A stretch of DNA of 64,000 bases from Sminthopsis crassicaudata (GCF_048593235.1 NC_133619.1:83962454-84026453); one strand, 5' to 3'. Shown: positions 39,121 to 52,289, counted from the first letter of the stretch. The notes: generated by a model not told the origin, from the letters alone. Program-made: numbers and translations.

Positions 39121-42100
39121 AATGTTTCACTTTTGGGGGGTCTTCATAATTTGGCCCCTTCCTAGCTCTCTGAGTCTTTTTATATTTTATTCCCCTGCCC
39201 TCACTCTATGATTCAGCCATATTCACCTACCTGCTATTACTCAAACATAGCACTTCAGTCATTCTCTGTACCTTTGTGGAGGCTTCCCTATGCCTGAAAT
39301 CTGTCCCTCTTCATGTTCATCCCTTAGAATCTCTGGCTTTCTTCAAGACATTAATTAAACAATACCACCTTATTCAGAAGTCTGCCCAGTTGGTAAAACT
39401 TTTCCCTCTAAGAAATAACTTCCATCTATGATGTGTGTGTCTTTTATATTTTTTACATGTTTTCCCTCATTGGAATATATAGCCAGGGACTAATTTTTTT
39501 TTTCTTTTTTATCCTCAGCCCCTACCACAACACATAGGAAATACTAAGTTTGAATATCTGTTGACTAATTGACTAGTTAATCCTGTATCTGAAATACTCT
39601 CTTCTTACTCTGGGCTCAGCTTCAGTGGTGCTTTCTCAGTGAAACTTTCCCAACCCCCCTCATCGGCCTCAGTTATTAATCATCATAGGTACATAGAGTC
39701 AGAAAGGACTTTTGGGGTTGTTGATTTCAAACCCCTATTTTACAGATAAGAAAACTGGGCATAAGAGATATTAAGTGACTTAAGATCAACTATCTAGTAA
39801 AGGACAGAGGTGAGATTTGAACTCAGGTCCTCTATCTCAAAATTTAATACTCTTTCCAAATCCCATACCCATCTCACCTCAAATTACCTCATGTTTACTC
39901 ATCTCTTTGAATACTATAATCCCCTAGTAGAATGAATCCAGCTTTTTGAAGGCAGGAAGTGTTTTGGTTTTATGGCATCAATTAACAGTGCATGGTACAA
40001 AGTAGGAAAATGATGAATGTTTATTAAAGGCTAACAGGTCTTTTTTCTAAAACCAGATTTTGATATCAAAATGGAACTGGTAGCAGGAAGGAGGAGATGC
40101 AGAGAAAAGGGGACACATGATCTATGATCACTGAATTATAGTTAAAAGGGACTTTAGGAATCATCAGATCCAAATTCTTATTTTTATGTGAAAGGAAATT
40201 GAGGGCTGGCAAAATTAAATAACTTTTTGAAGGATCACATAGGTACTAAGTAAATATCAAAGGTGAGATAAGAATATACAACTTCTTATTCTAGGATAAA
40301 TGATCTTTTCATATACCCTGAGTTTGAAATAAAACAACAATAATAATAGCTAACATTTATGTAGTACTTTTACTACATATGTAGTATATACGTAGAACAT
40401 TTATGTATGATTCAGTCTTTACAAGAAAGCTGTTATTGTCCCCATTTTACAGATGAAGAGACTGAGGCAAACAGATTTATGTAACTTTCCTAGGACAATA
40501 CAGCTAAAAGAATGTATTTGAACTCCCATCTTCCTGACCCCAGGACCAGAACTCTTATCAACAGCCTCATCTAGTAGACAAAATTCACCTGACCCTGGGC
40601 TTTGCATAAGGCTTGTCCCATAGATAGGCAATATCTACTGAGACTGAATCTTCCTTAAAAACAGCATTAGTCTCTTCCCCTAGTTCTAAAATTCCTGCTT
40701 CTCCACTATGTCAGTATTCTATGATTTGGCAGAAAGTCTCTGGATAAAATATCTTAGCCGGGGGAAGGGAGAAGACTATTCAAGCAACATTTTGATTTAA
40801 ACAAATGAAGGTTTCCTCCCTCCCTTTCCACCTGCTCCTCCGCTTTCCACTGAGCTCCTGGGTGGCACCAGCTTTTCCCTGTGGAGTTGGGTCAAAGCCC
40901 CCATGCACATTACCCTCAGGCTTTACTAGCCTACATTCAGCAATTAGCCAGGAGCATGTTAGACTCATATTTTTCTTCCACCTCACCCTGATTGATTTCC
41001 TAAATTGTGTGTCAGCACAAAGGTGGTTGAAAAAACACTTAACTCAGCAGCAATTAACTGGGAAGCTTCCAAAGCTGAATGTTTCATTCCTAGGCCTTAA
41101 GAATCAGAAATTAAATCAAAAACTAGCCAAATCAGGTTGTATTTTACCCAAAGTTAAAAAAGTTGCAAATGGTTAGCAAAGCACTGTGCCTGCTTTTCTA
41201 TTCCACCCCCATCTCTAGTATCTTTCCTCTCATATACCTTCACTGAGGCAAAATTTAAATTTAAAATTTAAATGGACAAAATTTAAATTCAAGTGCTTTT
41301 TTGAATAGAAAGCAATGCTTTATTGAGCTAGGGGGGGCTTCCTGAGGCTTTCTTAATGCTTATGTTTTTATTTGGGGGATGTTTGATGTTTTGGACAAAT
41401 CTTAAGAATTCAGTGCTGGGGAAAGAGTCTTGGACCTGGAGAAAGGAAGCCTGACTGCCTCTCAGGCATTTATTAGCTATGAGAGCCCAGGCAAGTCAAA
41501 TTTTCAGCACCTGTAAAACCTGGATAACAAATATTTGTACTTCCTACTTCACTGGGTTGTTAAGAGAGAGGTGCCCTTTACAAATTACTATGCTCCACAA
41601 ATATGAATCAAGTATCGGTTGCATTCTTTTTCTTTAGGAAGGAAAAATCAACCCTCTAATTTGCTAAACTTGTTATATTCTGCTTTCTGTAGATTACAGG
41701 ACAAGGCAAGCAGGCCATAAACATTTATTAAGTGCTTCCTATGTGCCTTCCTACTGTGCTAAGTATGTAGAGAATAATCAGTCAGGGTCTTCTCATTCCA
41801 TTCTTTTTTCCTCACTCCTTACAGCCCTTTAGATCCTTGTCCTGCAAGGATGATGAGAATCTATTGATTTTGCTATTAACAATGAGCAAAAGAGCCTTTT
41901 CTGAGATTTTAATTTATGGTTTGGAGTACTAGAACTATCCCTAGTGTCTGAAAAACCAAAGCTATTGCCCCAGGATCCATTATTTAAGGAACTCCAGATG
42001 GCTGAAGGGCTCTGTAGCAGTTAGGGGAAAAGGAAGTAGAACCAGCTGATGCTCTAAAAAAATTGTTTTTAAGGTCTAAGGCTTATAGACACACAATCTG

Positions 42101-42155
42101 TGCAAATAAGACAGGCAAGATCCTTGGCATAAAAGGTATGTATTCCATCACTTAC

Positions 42156-42249
42156 CCATTTCCTTTTTGAAGTTTTTATCTTCTCTTCTCCTTCCTGACA
42201 CATGGTCTTATTCATTTTAACTAAATTTTACCTGTTAGGTTTATGTACT
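42156..42249 (-). other. Candidate 94-nt exon with internal ATG
   Basis: Minus-strand acceptor CCCTTTCTTTCTCTTCTCTCCCTAG| and donor TGG|GTAAGT. ATG at 42215 reads MNKTMCQEGEEKIKTSKRKW open to the donor. Confidence 0.25.
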
Positions 42250-42374
42250 CTAGGGAGAGAAGAGAAAGAAAGGGTAGAAAGAGTGGCTATGGCATTATCT
42301 GCTAAGATCTGCTGTGTCACAAGAAGGGCCTTATAGAAGAAACAGAATTGAATTTTATGTTGTGAGACCCCGGA

Positions 42375-42580
42375 AGGCACCTAGGTGGCTCAGTATTGAG
42401 CTTGGAATGAGGAAGACCTGAGTTCAAATGCATCCTCAGACACTTACAAACTGTGTGATCCTGAGCAAGACTTGACTTCTTTTTTCCTTAATCCACCAGA
42501 GAAGGAAATGGCAAAACATTCAGTGTCTTTGCCAAGAAAACATCTTGGGCAGTAGGACCCATGGGGTCTGGCTGGATATT
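42375..42580 (+). mobile_element. Mar1-like SINE variant
   Basis: GGCACCTAGGTGGCTCAG...GAGTTCAAATG...GAGAAGGAAATGGCAAAAC...TTTGCCAAGAAAAC. Confidence 0.75.
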
Positions 42581-42584
42581 CTTT

Positions 42585-43354
42585 GTCTGCTATAAAACTG
42601 TGCATACCTCTTTACCCAGCAGTCTCACTACTAGGTCTGTACCCCAAAGAGATCATAAAAAAGGGGAAAGGATCCCCATGTACAAAAATATTTATAACAG
42701 CTCTTTTCATGGTAGCAAAGAATTGGAAATCGAGGGGATGCCTATCAATTGGGGAATGGTTGAACAAGTTGCGGTATATGGATATAATAGAAAACTATTG
42801 TGCTATAAGAAATAAGCAGGTAAATTTAAGAAAAAATCTGGATAGATTCACATGAACTGATGCAGTGAAGTGAACAGAACCAGGAGAATATTGTACACAG
42901 CAACATTGTTACAGATGATCCATATGATAGACTTGGCTCTTCTCAGAAATACATTGATGCAAGACGATTCCAAAAGATTCATGGTAGAAAATGCTATCTA
43001 TATCTAGACTATGGAGTCTGAAGGTAGATTGAAGCATACTATTTTCACTTTTTTTCTTCTAGTTTTTCCTTTTTTCTGATCTTCTTTCACAACATGATCA
43101 TTGTAGAAATTTGATTTATATGATTGTATATGTATAACCTTTATCAGATTACTTGCTCTCTTGAGGAGGAGGGAGGGGAAAGAAGGAAAAAAATTTGGAA
43201 TTAAAAATCTTATAAAAGTGAATGTTGAGAGGCAGCTAGGTAGTGTAGTGGATAGAGAATCAGCCCTGAAGTCAGGAGGAATTAAATCTGGCCTCAGGAA
43301 TTTAACACTTCCTAACTGTGTAATCTTGGGCAAATTGCTTAGCCCCAATTGCCT

Positions 43355-43390
<36 letters not shown>

Positions 43391-43445
43391 GAATATTGAA
43401 TATTATTTTTACATGTAATTGGTAAAAATAAAATACTATTAAGTG
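42585..43445 (+). mobile_element. L1 3' end (ORF2 C-terminus + 3' UTR), interrupted by a SINE
   Basis: ORF 42583-42855 encodes KLCIPLYPAVSLLGLYPKE...EWLNKLRYM, the ORF2p C-terminus. Confidence 0.9.
43229..43388 (+). mobile_element. WSINE1-like SINE with 30-nt poly-A
   Basis: TSD AAAAGTGAAT(G/A)TTGA at 43214-43228 and 43385-43399. Confidence 0.92.
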
Positions 43446-43980
43446 TATGTGGGGAGAAGATATTCTCTGCCTGTTTCTGACCAATGATATGCATAATTGC
43501 ATATGATTCACTTTGGAAATAACAAATTTATTCTGTTCTGACCATATGGTGAGTTACTACAGAAAGGACTTGGCATATCAGTATGAGTGAGTAAAAACCA
43601 TGCCTGATTGGCCCCTCAGTCATCCCCTGTTCCATGCCAGAAGCAGAAGAGTAGGGTGTTGTAGCATCTCAAAAAAAGAGACAGCTCCCGTCTACTGCTC
43701 TCTTGGCTGAAACACTCGAGGTAGAATCCTGTTAGCTCTAGAAAGGGCTAGGGAGGAACAGATGCTTCTTCTTTGAAATATCCAGGCTACTTCACCTACT
43801 TGGCAACAAGTGCAAGGGCTGCCTCTGACTTTTTTGCTTTTGTCTTTTAAGTGAATAGATATCTCAAAGTGACATGTACAGGATTGGAATCCACCCCGTG
43901 AGTTTTTAGGTCCCAATGGAGGTCAAACCTAAATGGGGAATAAGCAAAATGATTATACCAAGAACTACTCCAGCATTTTT

Positions 43981-44151
43981 TCCCATCAGCTTTTGTTTTT
44001 GTTTTGTTTTGTTTTTGCTGAGGCAATTGAGGTTAAGTGACTTGCCCGGAGTCATATAGCTAGGAAATATTAAGTGTCTGAAGCCGGATTTGAACTCAGG
44101 TCCTTCTGACTTCAGGGCTGATGCTCTATCCACTGTGCCATCTAACTGCTC
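43981..44151 (-). mobile_element. WSINE1-like SINE, antisense, with (AAAAC)n tail and ~10 extra nt
   Basis: TSD CTACTCCAGCA(T/C)TTTT at 43965-43980 and 44152-44167. Confidence 0.9.
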
Positions 44152-46245
44152 CTACTCCAGCACTTTTGAAGAGAATGATCACCAATAAGAAGAGGACCAA
44201 TCAAGCCTGGCCATTTTACCAACAGCTGAGCAAGAGTAAAATGTAAAATGTCTCATTAGCAGTACCACAAGTTGTTTTATGTTCTAATGAGGTTAAATAT
44301 CCTCTTAGCATACGGTAGCAGTACTTATCAATTAATGATGTAGCAGTACTTACCAACTGATGAATCTTGTTCAATTCATTCTATTAGCGAATTCATTCTT
44401 TTTGTGAGGAATAATAAATTACCTGTCCCATACCCAATTCACATTGTACCTAGAGTGTTTTACTACCCGTTTTAAGGCAGCCTGGATCGGATCCATAAGT
44501 TAAACCTTAAGCAATTTTTCCCCTGGTGTGCCCAAGAATGTAAGAGGCCAAAGAATGTGAGAAAGAAGGAGCTGTATCATAAACTACAATAGAAATATAT
44601 AAGAAAGGTAGCACAATCAGTTTACTATAATAGCAATAAGAATAATTAGATACTTTGTAAATTTTGTAAATAAAATATATATGTGTGTATATATATATAT
44701 ACATATGTGCATGCACAAACACACACACATACACAGAGTTTCCCAAAAGTCTTAGCACAGGCTTAGATTATTTTATATTTATATATATATATATGTATTG
44801 CATATATGCATATATACCATCTTATTGTGGTTTTGGAACAACTCTATGGAGGTAGATAATATAGTTATTATTCACTTTTTACAAATTAGAAAACTGAGAC
44901 TAAAAGGGTATGAATTCCTTTTCCATGGCCACATGGCCACAGCCAACAAGTATCAGTCACAGTTCAAATCCAAGTTTGTCTAAGACCAAGGCCAGAAAAT
45001 CTATTATACAAAGTGAACAAAACAAGCTTACATGATTATTCAGGGGATACTTGAACTTGATGAGACATATCTTAAACTATCCTTAAATATTTTTTTAGCT
45101 CTTCATATACTAGCAAAACTTTTGATATACCCTTACCAGAAATACTCTTTAGGAAATTCTAATCTAAGATATGGCATATTATGTTAAGAGATTTGCATCC
45201 TCTTTGCCTTAGAAACCACAAGACCTAAATCCCATTGCCTGTTGTACTATGAATTGAAAGCTTTCCCTCCTTCCCAGGCTTCAGTTCCTCATCTCTAAAA
45301 CTGATAATGATAATGCTTGCTCCCAGATCACTGCTGCACTCATGTTAGGAGGATCAATGAGATATCATCTATAAAGTGCTTTGAACTCCTCAGGGAGAGG
45401 TGCTATATAACCATAATTACCATTATTGATGGTGGCAATGTAACGGGTATAGGCTTTCCAATAAACCAGTCTTTTCTCCCAGTATTTGCCACATCTCAGT
45501 GATAGTAACAGAGAACACACTTTCAGCTATCTCAGAAACAGAGTTCCCCTCCTGAGGGGGACAGGGGAGAGGGACAGCAAACTTATCACTATTGAGTAGA
45601 AATGTCATAAAATCTCAGAAACAAAGTGGGTCCTCCAGACATAGACATTCAAAATAGCTGAAAACAAAATATGATCGCTGCTGTTGCTAAAGAAAGACTT
45701 TCTACACTCAACAATATTTCAGTGCAAACATACATATTGGAAGGATAGCAGGCACTATATACCAAATGGCACAAATACTTTCAGCCAGCCTACATTGTGA
45801 TAATCATTTTCCTAGTTAAGAAATGCTTTTACAGGATCCCATTCTTTATGTCAAAAAAAATTTTAATGCCCCCATCCATCAGATTGTCAAGTCATTTTAT
45901 TGCCCTTTTAGGACTATTTCTATTTAGGGCCCTACATTATCTCAAGGAGAAGCAGTCTCCAGTACATAATTTTGTCATTCCACACCTTAGCTTTTACTAC
46001 TCTCTTTTCTCTGATCTAGCTGCTGATTCTCTATCATTTCCAGACTCTTCTGCATCACATAGCCAGCCAATCACTTATTCCTAAAAACACCAGAGATTAT
46101 AGTAATCCTATGATTTCAACCATTTTCATTCATTTCCAATGGAACTGTAAGGCTGCTTTAAAAATATATCTTTTGACTTCATTTTCAGTGGCCTCCAAAG
46201 TGACAGTCAATATTTCACTAATCTCTTCTTTAAAGTCATCTAATG

Positions 46246-46451
46246 CAGGGTTGGGGAACCTTTTTTTCTGCCAAGGGCCATTTGGATATTTATAACATCA
46301 TTGATGGGCCCATACAAAATTATCAACTTATAGAACTCAAGTAGTGGGAGGTTGTTGTATTTAGCTTTCAGCTTATCATTGCCTTATATTGCCTTAGCAA
46401 ATGATTCTACAAGCCTTATATAGCCCGGGGGCTGGATATTCCCCACTCCTG
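46246..46451 (+). mobile_element. hAT (Charlie-type) MITE, 206 bp
   Basis: TIRs CAGGGTTGGGGAA / TTCCCCACTCCTG. 8-bp TSD ATCTAATG (46238-46245) / ATCTAATC (46452-46459), the length typical of hAT elements. Confidence 0.85.
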
Positions 46452-46517
46452 ATCTAATCTATTACTGTTCTTCCTTTCTGACCTGGCATTTTTATTTCTT
46501 AGGACTAAAAGAGGACA

Positions 46518-46769
46518 GGACAGCTAGTTAGCACAATGGATAGAGTACAGAGTCTGGAGACAAGACAATATCTTCCCAAGTTCAAATCTGACCTCAGATA
46601 CTTATTAGTTGTATCACTCTGGGCAAGTCACTTTATCCTATTTGCCTCAGCTCCCTCATTTGTAAAATGAGCTAGAAAAGGAATGGAAAACCAGTCCAGT
46701 ATCTCTGACAAGAAATCCCTAAACGGGGTCAAAGAGCTGGATATGACTAAAAAACAACTGAACAACAAA
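46518..46769 (+). mobile_element. Mar1-like SINE
   Basis: GGACAGCTAG...AAGTTCAAATCTGACCTCAG...CCAGTATCTCTGACAAGAAA...AACAAC tail. Confidence 0.85.
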
Positions 46770-48149
46770 AATGAGAGGGTAGCTCTGGTACTTTTGTTGT
46801 ACTTTTCTGGACCTGAAGAATATTAAGACAAAATCATATTCCTGGATTTAGCCTCTTTGAAATACATCTCACCTTTGATTTAACCTATCTTGTCATCATA
46901 CATCTAGTAATGTTGCTACAGTGGCCAGTGTCTAAACCAGAGCAGCAAAAAATAATTGAAAATTACAGAGTAATCCGATGGACCGACCAAACCTTGAAAG
47001 AGTAATTGAAAAAAATATAGTTTCAAGGTTAATTGGGTGGAAAAGGACAAGAAGTTTGCCCTTACAATTCGACCTTGAGTTTAGTCTTAATATATGAGAG
47101 GAAATGGGATTTCAGGACATTTGAAATTCAGTGGCCAACATGATTTCATTTTAACATTCTTCTTTGAGAAAGGGAAGGGAGAGCAAAGAAACAAATTTAT
47201 TTGGAATTTAGTGGACTTTTTTCCTAGCCAAATTGCTGCTTTGAAAAGTCTCATCATCTTTATTAGAATATGAACTGGCAGCATGTCACTTTTTAATGTG
47301 TTAATACAAGGGGAGTAATTATGTACATATATATCCATATATACATATATTATACTCATAGACATGCATTGTAAGTTTGTATATATCTGTGTATACATGC
47401 ATACATGCATACATACGCATGTCTATATTTATGTATATCTGCCCTTCATAATGAGAATCCTGGATTTTGGTTCCTTACTAAAATAATTAAAGTCAAAAGA
47501 AAATTTTCTCCAGAAACCAGTGAAGTACTGTCACCGGCATAACATATGATTGGCTAACGGCAGGCTAAATGGTATTAAGGAAATAACTAGCAAACAAAGG
47601 CAAGTTCATTTGTTGGCCTGATTGAATATATCTCCAGCACAGGATTTGACTCTCAGGCTCTGACACTCTTGACTCCTGACATCAAAAGAAGCTGCTTAGG
47701 TCTCCCAAGCCAAAAGTCAGCTCTCATTTGTAGTCAACTAATGCATTAATACTTTTTGAACATTCATTAGGGACAAAGTGACAATATATTCTGGGGCTGT
47801 AGGTTAGTCACAAAACCTAATTTGCTGCTTTGATTGCTTCCTTGAAGTACAATGGCAGGTATGAAGGGTGAGTGAAAAAGATGGAAGGAGCTCGGTCAAT
47901 CCCTTCAAGTAGCTTAGCCAGGTGGAAAAAACCAAAGGACCTGGATTGTTTGTAACCTGACATTTACTGCTTGGGTGACCTTGGACAAATAACTTTATTC
48001 CTCATGCCTCCTGATGGAGCGAGGTGACCTAGAAGGTCATTTCTAGCTCTAATACTTTGACCTAAGACATTCTATAATCATATTCACTAAAGAATACACA
48101 GTGTTTTCCAAAATCTATTAAAACTTTAAAATTTACTGTTGTATATTTT

Positions 48150-48271
48150 ATTTAATATAATTGTAGATATATGCAGATAGATGTACATAGATGTAGAGGT
48201 AGATATAGATATTTGCAATAGATAGCTATAGGTATAGATATAGATGCAATTACAGATGTAAATAAGTGGAT

Positions 48272-48319
<48 letters not shown>

Positions 48320-48690
48320 AGAGGTAGTTTGATAGAGAGATAGAAGCAGTTCTATAGATAGATGTAGATATGTAAAGATATCAACAAAGATAGGGATAGT
48401 ATAGATAGATATTTGTAGCCATAGATAGGTGCAAATATAAATAGAGAGTAGACATAGATATAAAGATAATGTAGATAGATATAGAGTAGATATTTTGGGT
48501 ATAGACAGATACAGATATAGATTATAAGTAGGTATAGATGTAGATATAACTAAACACAGAAAGATGGAGATAAAGATAAAGGTAAATGTAAAGAGAGATA
48601 GATATGGATGCAGATATAGATTAGCAAAAGATATAGGCATACAGATATTTATATAAATGAATATATGCATAAATATGTATAAATAAATTA
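48150..48690. repeat. Degenerate (AGAT/ATAG)n tetranucleotide field with a perfect (GATA)n core at ~48273-48318
   Basis: Directly visible. Source of the 172-aa ORF. Confidence 0.95.
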
Positions 48691-51600
48691 GTGAAAGAGA
48701 AATTATGATTGGACCAGTACCTCCAGAACCAAGTTGGACTCAATGTAGCTCATTCCCAGTCACTTAAGAAGATTAATTTGGAAAGGACTGCTTCAATAGT
48801 GTTTCAGAAGATTAGAAAAAAATGGCCTTGAGGCATTTTCCAGCTCAATTTTCCTATTTTCTTTGATTATAAGTTCATTTGACAGCCATGTCAAAAGAGG
48901 ACAGTGAACTTGATGTTGAACATGCTCTGAAATTCCCAGATAAGGATATGGAAGAGTCCTTCATTTTGCTTGAGCTCTTCATTAACCAAAACTTCTATGT
49001 ATGTTTTCTATGAAAGCAGTGGCTATTTCACCTGTGCTAGAACGTATAATTTGTATTTATCTCATAGTGAGTTGGAAGTTCAATCTGTGTTGATGCTACG
49101 AAGGAAAGTAAGCCCTTTGAGAACAGGACCTGCTCTCTTTTTTGTACTTATATCCCCAGCACCTGGCACAGGACCTTTCACATTGGTCCAAATCTGTGAT
49201 TTCATCATAGAGCTTCTGGTGTGGAAATTGCTCCCATCAAGGGAAATCCAGGACTTGTATGGAATTTCTAGTCTTAAAAGTTACCCAGGGCTCCCAGAAG
49301 CAAAGTATCTTCAGCCACACAATAAATATGTATTAGAAATTTGATTTGATCCTAACTTTTTCTGGATCCTTGGACAGAATTCAATCCACTCTAAATGTTA
49401 CCCCTCACCTTGTTCATAGAAGATAATTAATGTTTGTTGTTGAAGTGATCCTCTTATTTTTGGTAAATTTTAAAAATTTTATTGATTTTGTATGCCATAG
49501 TCATTTCCTGATGACCATCTTTACAATAATACTCCCCTTCAACAAAGAAATTAATAAGGAATATACTGACATGTCAGCATATACAATATTCATCTATAAT
49601 CTCTCCAGCAAGAAGAGATCATTGCATCTTACTCCAGTTTTCTACAAATAATAAGCTATATCAATATTAATATTCAAATGATTCTATTTTAAAGTGTAAG
49701 CTCCTCAAGCAGAAGTCTACATCTATCTTTAATGTTCTGAAGACTTCTCTTCTGAACTAACCATCCTTTCTGAAAAAGTAGCCACTTCTATTACACAACT
49801 AATGAATAAGTAAGTACTCAAAAAATGCTGAATTTGTAGGATAAAAATGGGACCCAACTTTTGTCTTTAGGGCAACATGCAATTTTCTTTGTGCTGAGTC
49901 ATAATAGTGAGATATGTGTATATATTTGAGTTTATATAAATAGTAATATATACATATATTATATATATATATACATACAGACATATATACATATTTGTAA
50001 TTTGAAATGGGATCAAAAGCAGATAAGTACATAATTAACATCTAACCATGTAAAGTTACACTTTGCTCAAGATTGTACTCTGAATATAATCAGGGGGTAC
50101 CTGTGGAGATGTTCTGAAAACCACAAAAAAGGAAGGGAAGAAAGGAGGAAAAAAGGAAGGGAGAAAGGAAGGAAGGAAAATTATGGTTAATGTGGATTCT
50201 AAATATGCTCCTATTCTGGAAGCTGGAATTTATTGGAATAAGCTTAAGAAATAGAAAACTGGATAATGGAAGCTATCTTTTTCTTTTTTTGGAATGGGGA
50301 AGTCTTAAATTTAGACAGGCTTATCTTCTCACTTTTATTTCTTTTTTTAATTTTGAGCCACGGGTTTTACACATTTTACAAGGGGTAGTCAAAAAAAAAA
50401 AAAAACCCAAATAAGCAATAACAACAACAAAAACAAAAAATAAAAACCCCAAACCTCTGTTTTGAAGTCCTAGCTTTTCTGGTAACAGATTTCTTTTCCT
50501 GTTCTAAATATGTTCCCTCCTCCCAGTTGTCTCTGCTCTCTGACCCCCATCTGAAATTATCTAGCTTTCTAGCTGGGCCTTCCATTACTGTGAAATTAGG
50601 AGGATTCCAATGTTTTCTGGAAACTTATACCAGCTTCCCTATAAAAATACTTGTCCTTTTTATTTGCCAGGAAACCAATCCTGTTCCATGATTTAGAACC
50701 CAGACATGTCCAAGCCAAATCAGAAAGAAGGTGTGCCTGACATTATCTGAACAAAAGAGTACCTCTTCAGATTAATTAATTGTTGCCTTTCCATCTCTTG
50801 CAATGGCCTAAAGACTGGCCCACCCTAGGCTTCAACTCCTCTTCATTGGCTGAATTGTGACTAATCCCATTTTATCCTTTTCTCCATGGCAAATGAAACC
50901 TAAACACTTTAATCAACAATCCTTTATTTAGTGCCTGAGTTTTGCCCTTGGTTCTAGAAATACAAAGACAAAAATGAGAAAAGTCCCTAACTTCTAGGAG
51001 TTTATATTCTATTGGAATGAATTAATAAATATTTAGATAAGTGAATACATTGTGTAGAGTGAGTAGCTAAGAACTTATCAGCTAAGGTTCCTGGAGCTGC
51101 TAGTCTACACCAATACTTAACCTTTTCTTGCCTTAGCTTCACTGTTATGAAATTACCCAATTTATTAAAAAGGGAAATAGGCTCCCCAATTTTCATCTTC
51201 ATCAATTCTTCATCTCCACTTCAGTTAGCCAAGGACAATTTTATTTGGGGTTCTATTTAAGGGTTTTTTAAAAAAAAGAAAAAAGACTAATGAGTAAAAA
51301 GTTACTCAATGTACAAACACGTATTGGGTATGAAACTAGTTTATTTCCACAAAGAAAAAAGATTTGCTAAACATAAAAGAATCATATATGTATTTCATAA
51401 GGATTAACTTATCACTAACTAGCATAGCCTTGTTGAGACATGCATAGTTTTTAAAGGACTACTGAGTTCACATTTCACCTGCATTGATCACAGCTTATAA
51501 AGTAACTATTTCTTTGTCTCTATCTCTGTCGTTTTGTCTTTCAGCATGTCTTTCTTTTGCACTCCACAAGTGCTTCTGCTGCTGCTGCAAACTGTTTCTA

Positions 51601-52011
51601 CTTGCCAGAACTCACAGATATCCCAAGACTTCTTGATGCTTACCAAGGTTGGAAGGAAACACATAAGAAAAGTAAAGAATAGTCAGGAACCTTGTAAAAG
51701 CCCAACTAGTTGAACCCATTCTTCATATGAATGATCCCTTGCTGTTATTATGTCCTTCCTTTTGTATCCTGTGCTAAAATAACATCTTGCCACCTGAAAA
51801 GTTGTAGCCAAAAGAGCCTTTTTTTTTTTTTTTAAACAAATGCAGTACCCTGTCACCAGGTAAAGAAAGGATGACAGAGATATTTCAGGGTATTTTTAGT
51901 ATTCATCATATCATTTTAACATGCCAGAGGCTACCTATAGAGGGCTAGAACTGAGCAGATGCAAGGTAATCAGGAGGCTAAACATCAATTGGACAATTCT
52001 CTATTGCCACT

Positions 52012-52289
52012 TGTTTGGAGGATGAACCTACTTAACTATTCTGTGTGAGGATGAATCTACTTAACTATTCTGTGTGACTTGATTGGTGGGTGTGGACAAA
52101 GAAGGGGAAGTGACATGAGTGGGTGGAGTAGTAGGAGGAGATTGATTCATTCTCTTGGCAGTGGAGAGAGAGGAAGGAGGTGTGGAGATTGCTAGATCTA
52201 ATCCCCTGACCGTGACTGCAAAAGACCAAGAATAAAGACTTTTAATTATCCTGACTCCGGCTGATTCTAAGAGATCCAGGGTCCCAACA
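52012..52289 (+). mobile_element. Probable solo LTR (~280 bp)
   Basis: TGTTTGG...CCCAACA imperfect inverted termini, GATTGG at ~52081, AATAAA at 52231. Flanks GCCACT/GCTACC are at best a degraded TSD. Confidence 0.6.

Larger units (their letters stand above)
37280..39600 (+). mobile_element. Fragmented LINE-2 with later insertions
   Basis: L2 phrases (CCCAAGTCTCTGTGTTGAG, CTTGGTGATCTCATCAG, CCAATATGTTCAAAACAGCACTCATC) and a 3' end near 39430-39570. Confidence 0.65.

Noticed and set aside
44315-44362. 25-bp imperfect tandem duplication GTAGCAGTACTTA(T/C)CAA..GAT
   Set aside because: Only two copies with no spacer; ordinary slippage duplication, not CRISPR-like.
48152-48670. 172-aa ORF, longest in the track
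   Set aside because: Translation of degenerate (GATA)n repeat.
48970-49344. 124-aa ORF
   Set aside because: Non-ATG start and runs through an L2 3' end (GTAAGCCCTTTGAGAACAGG...); no domain similarity.
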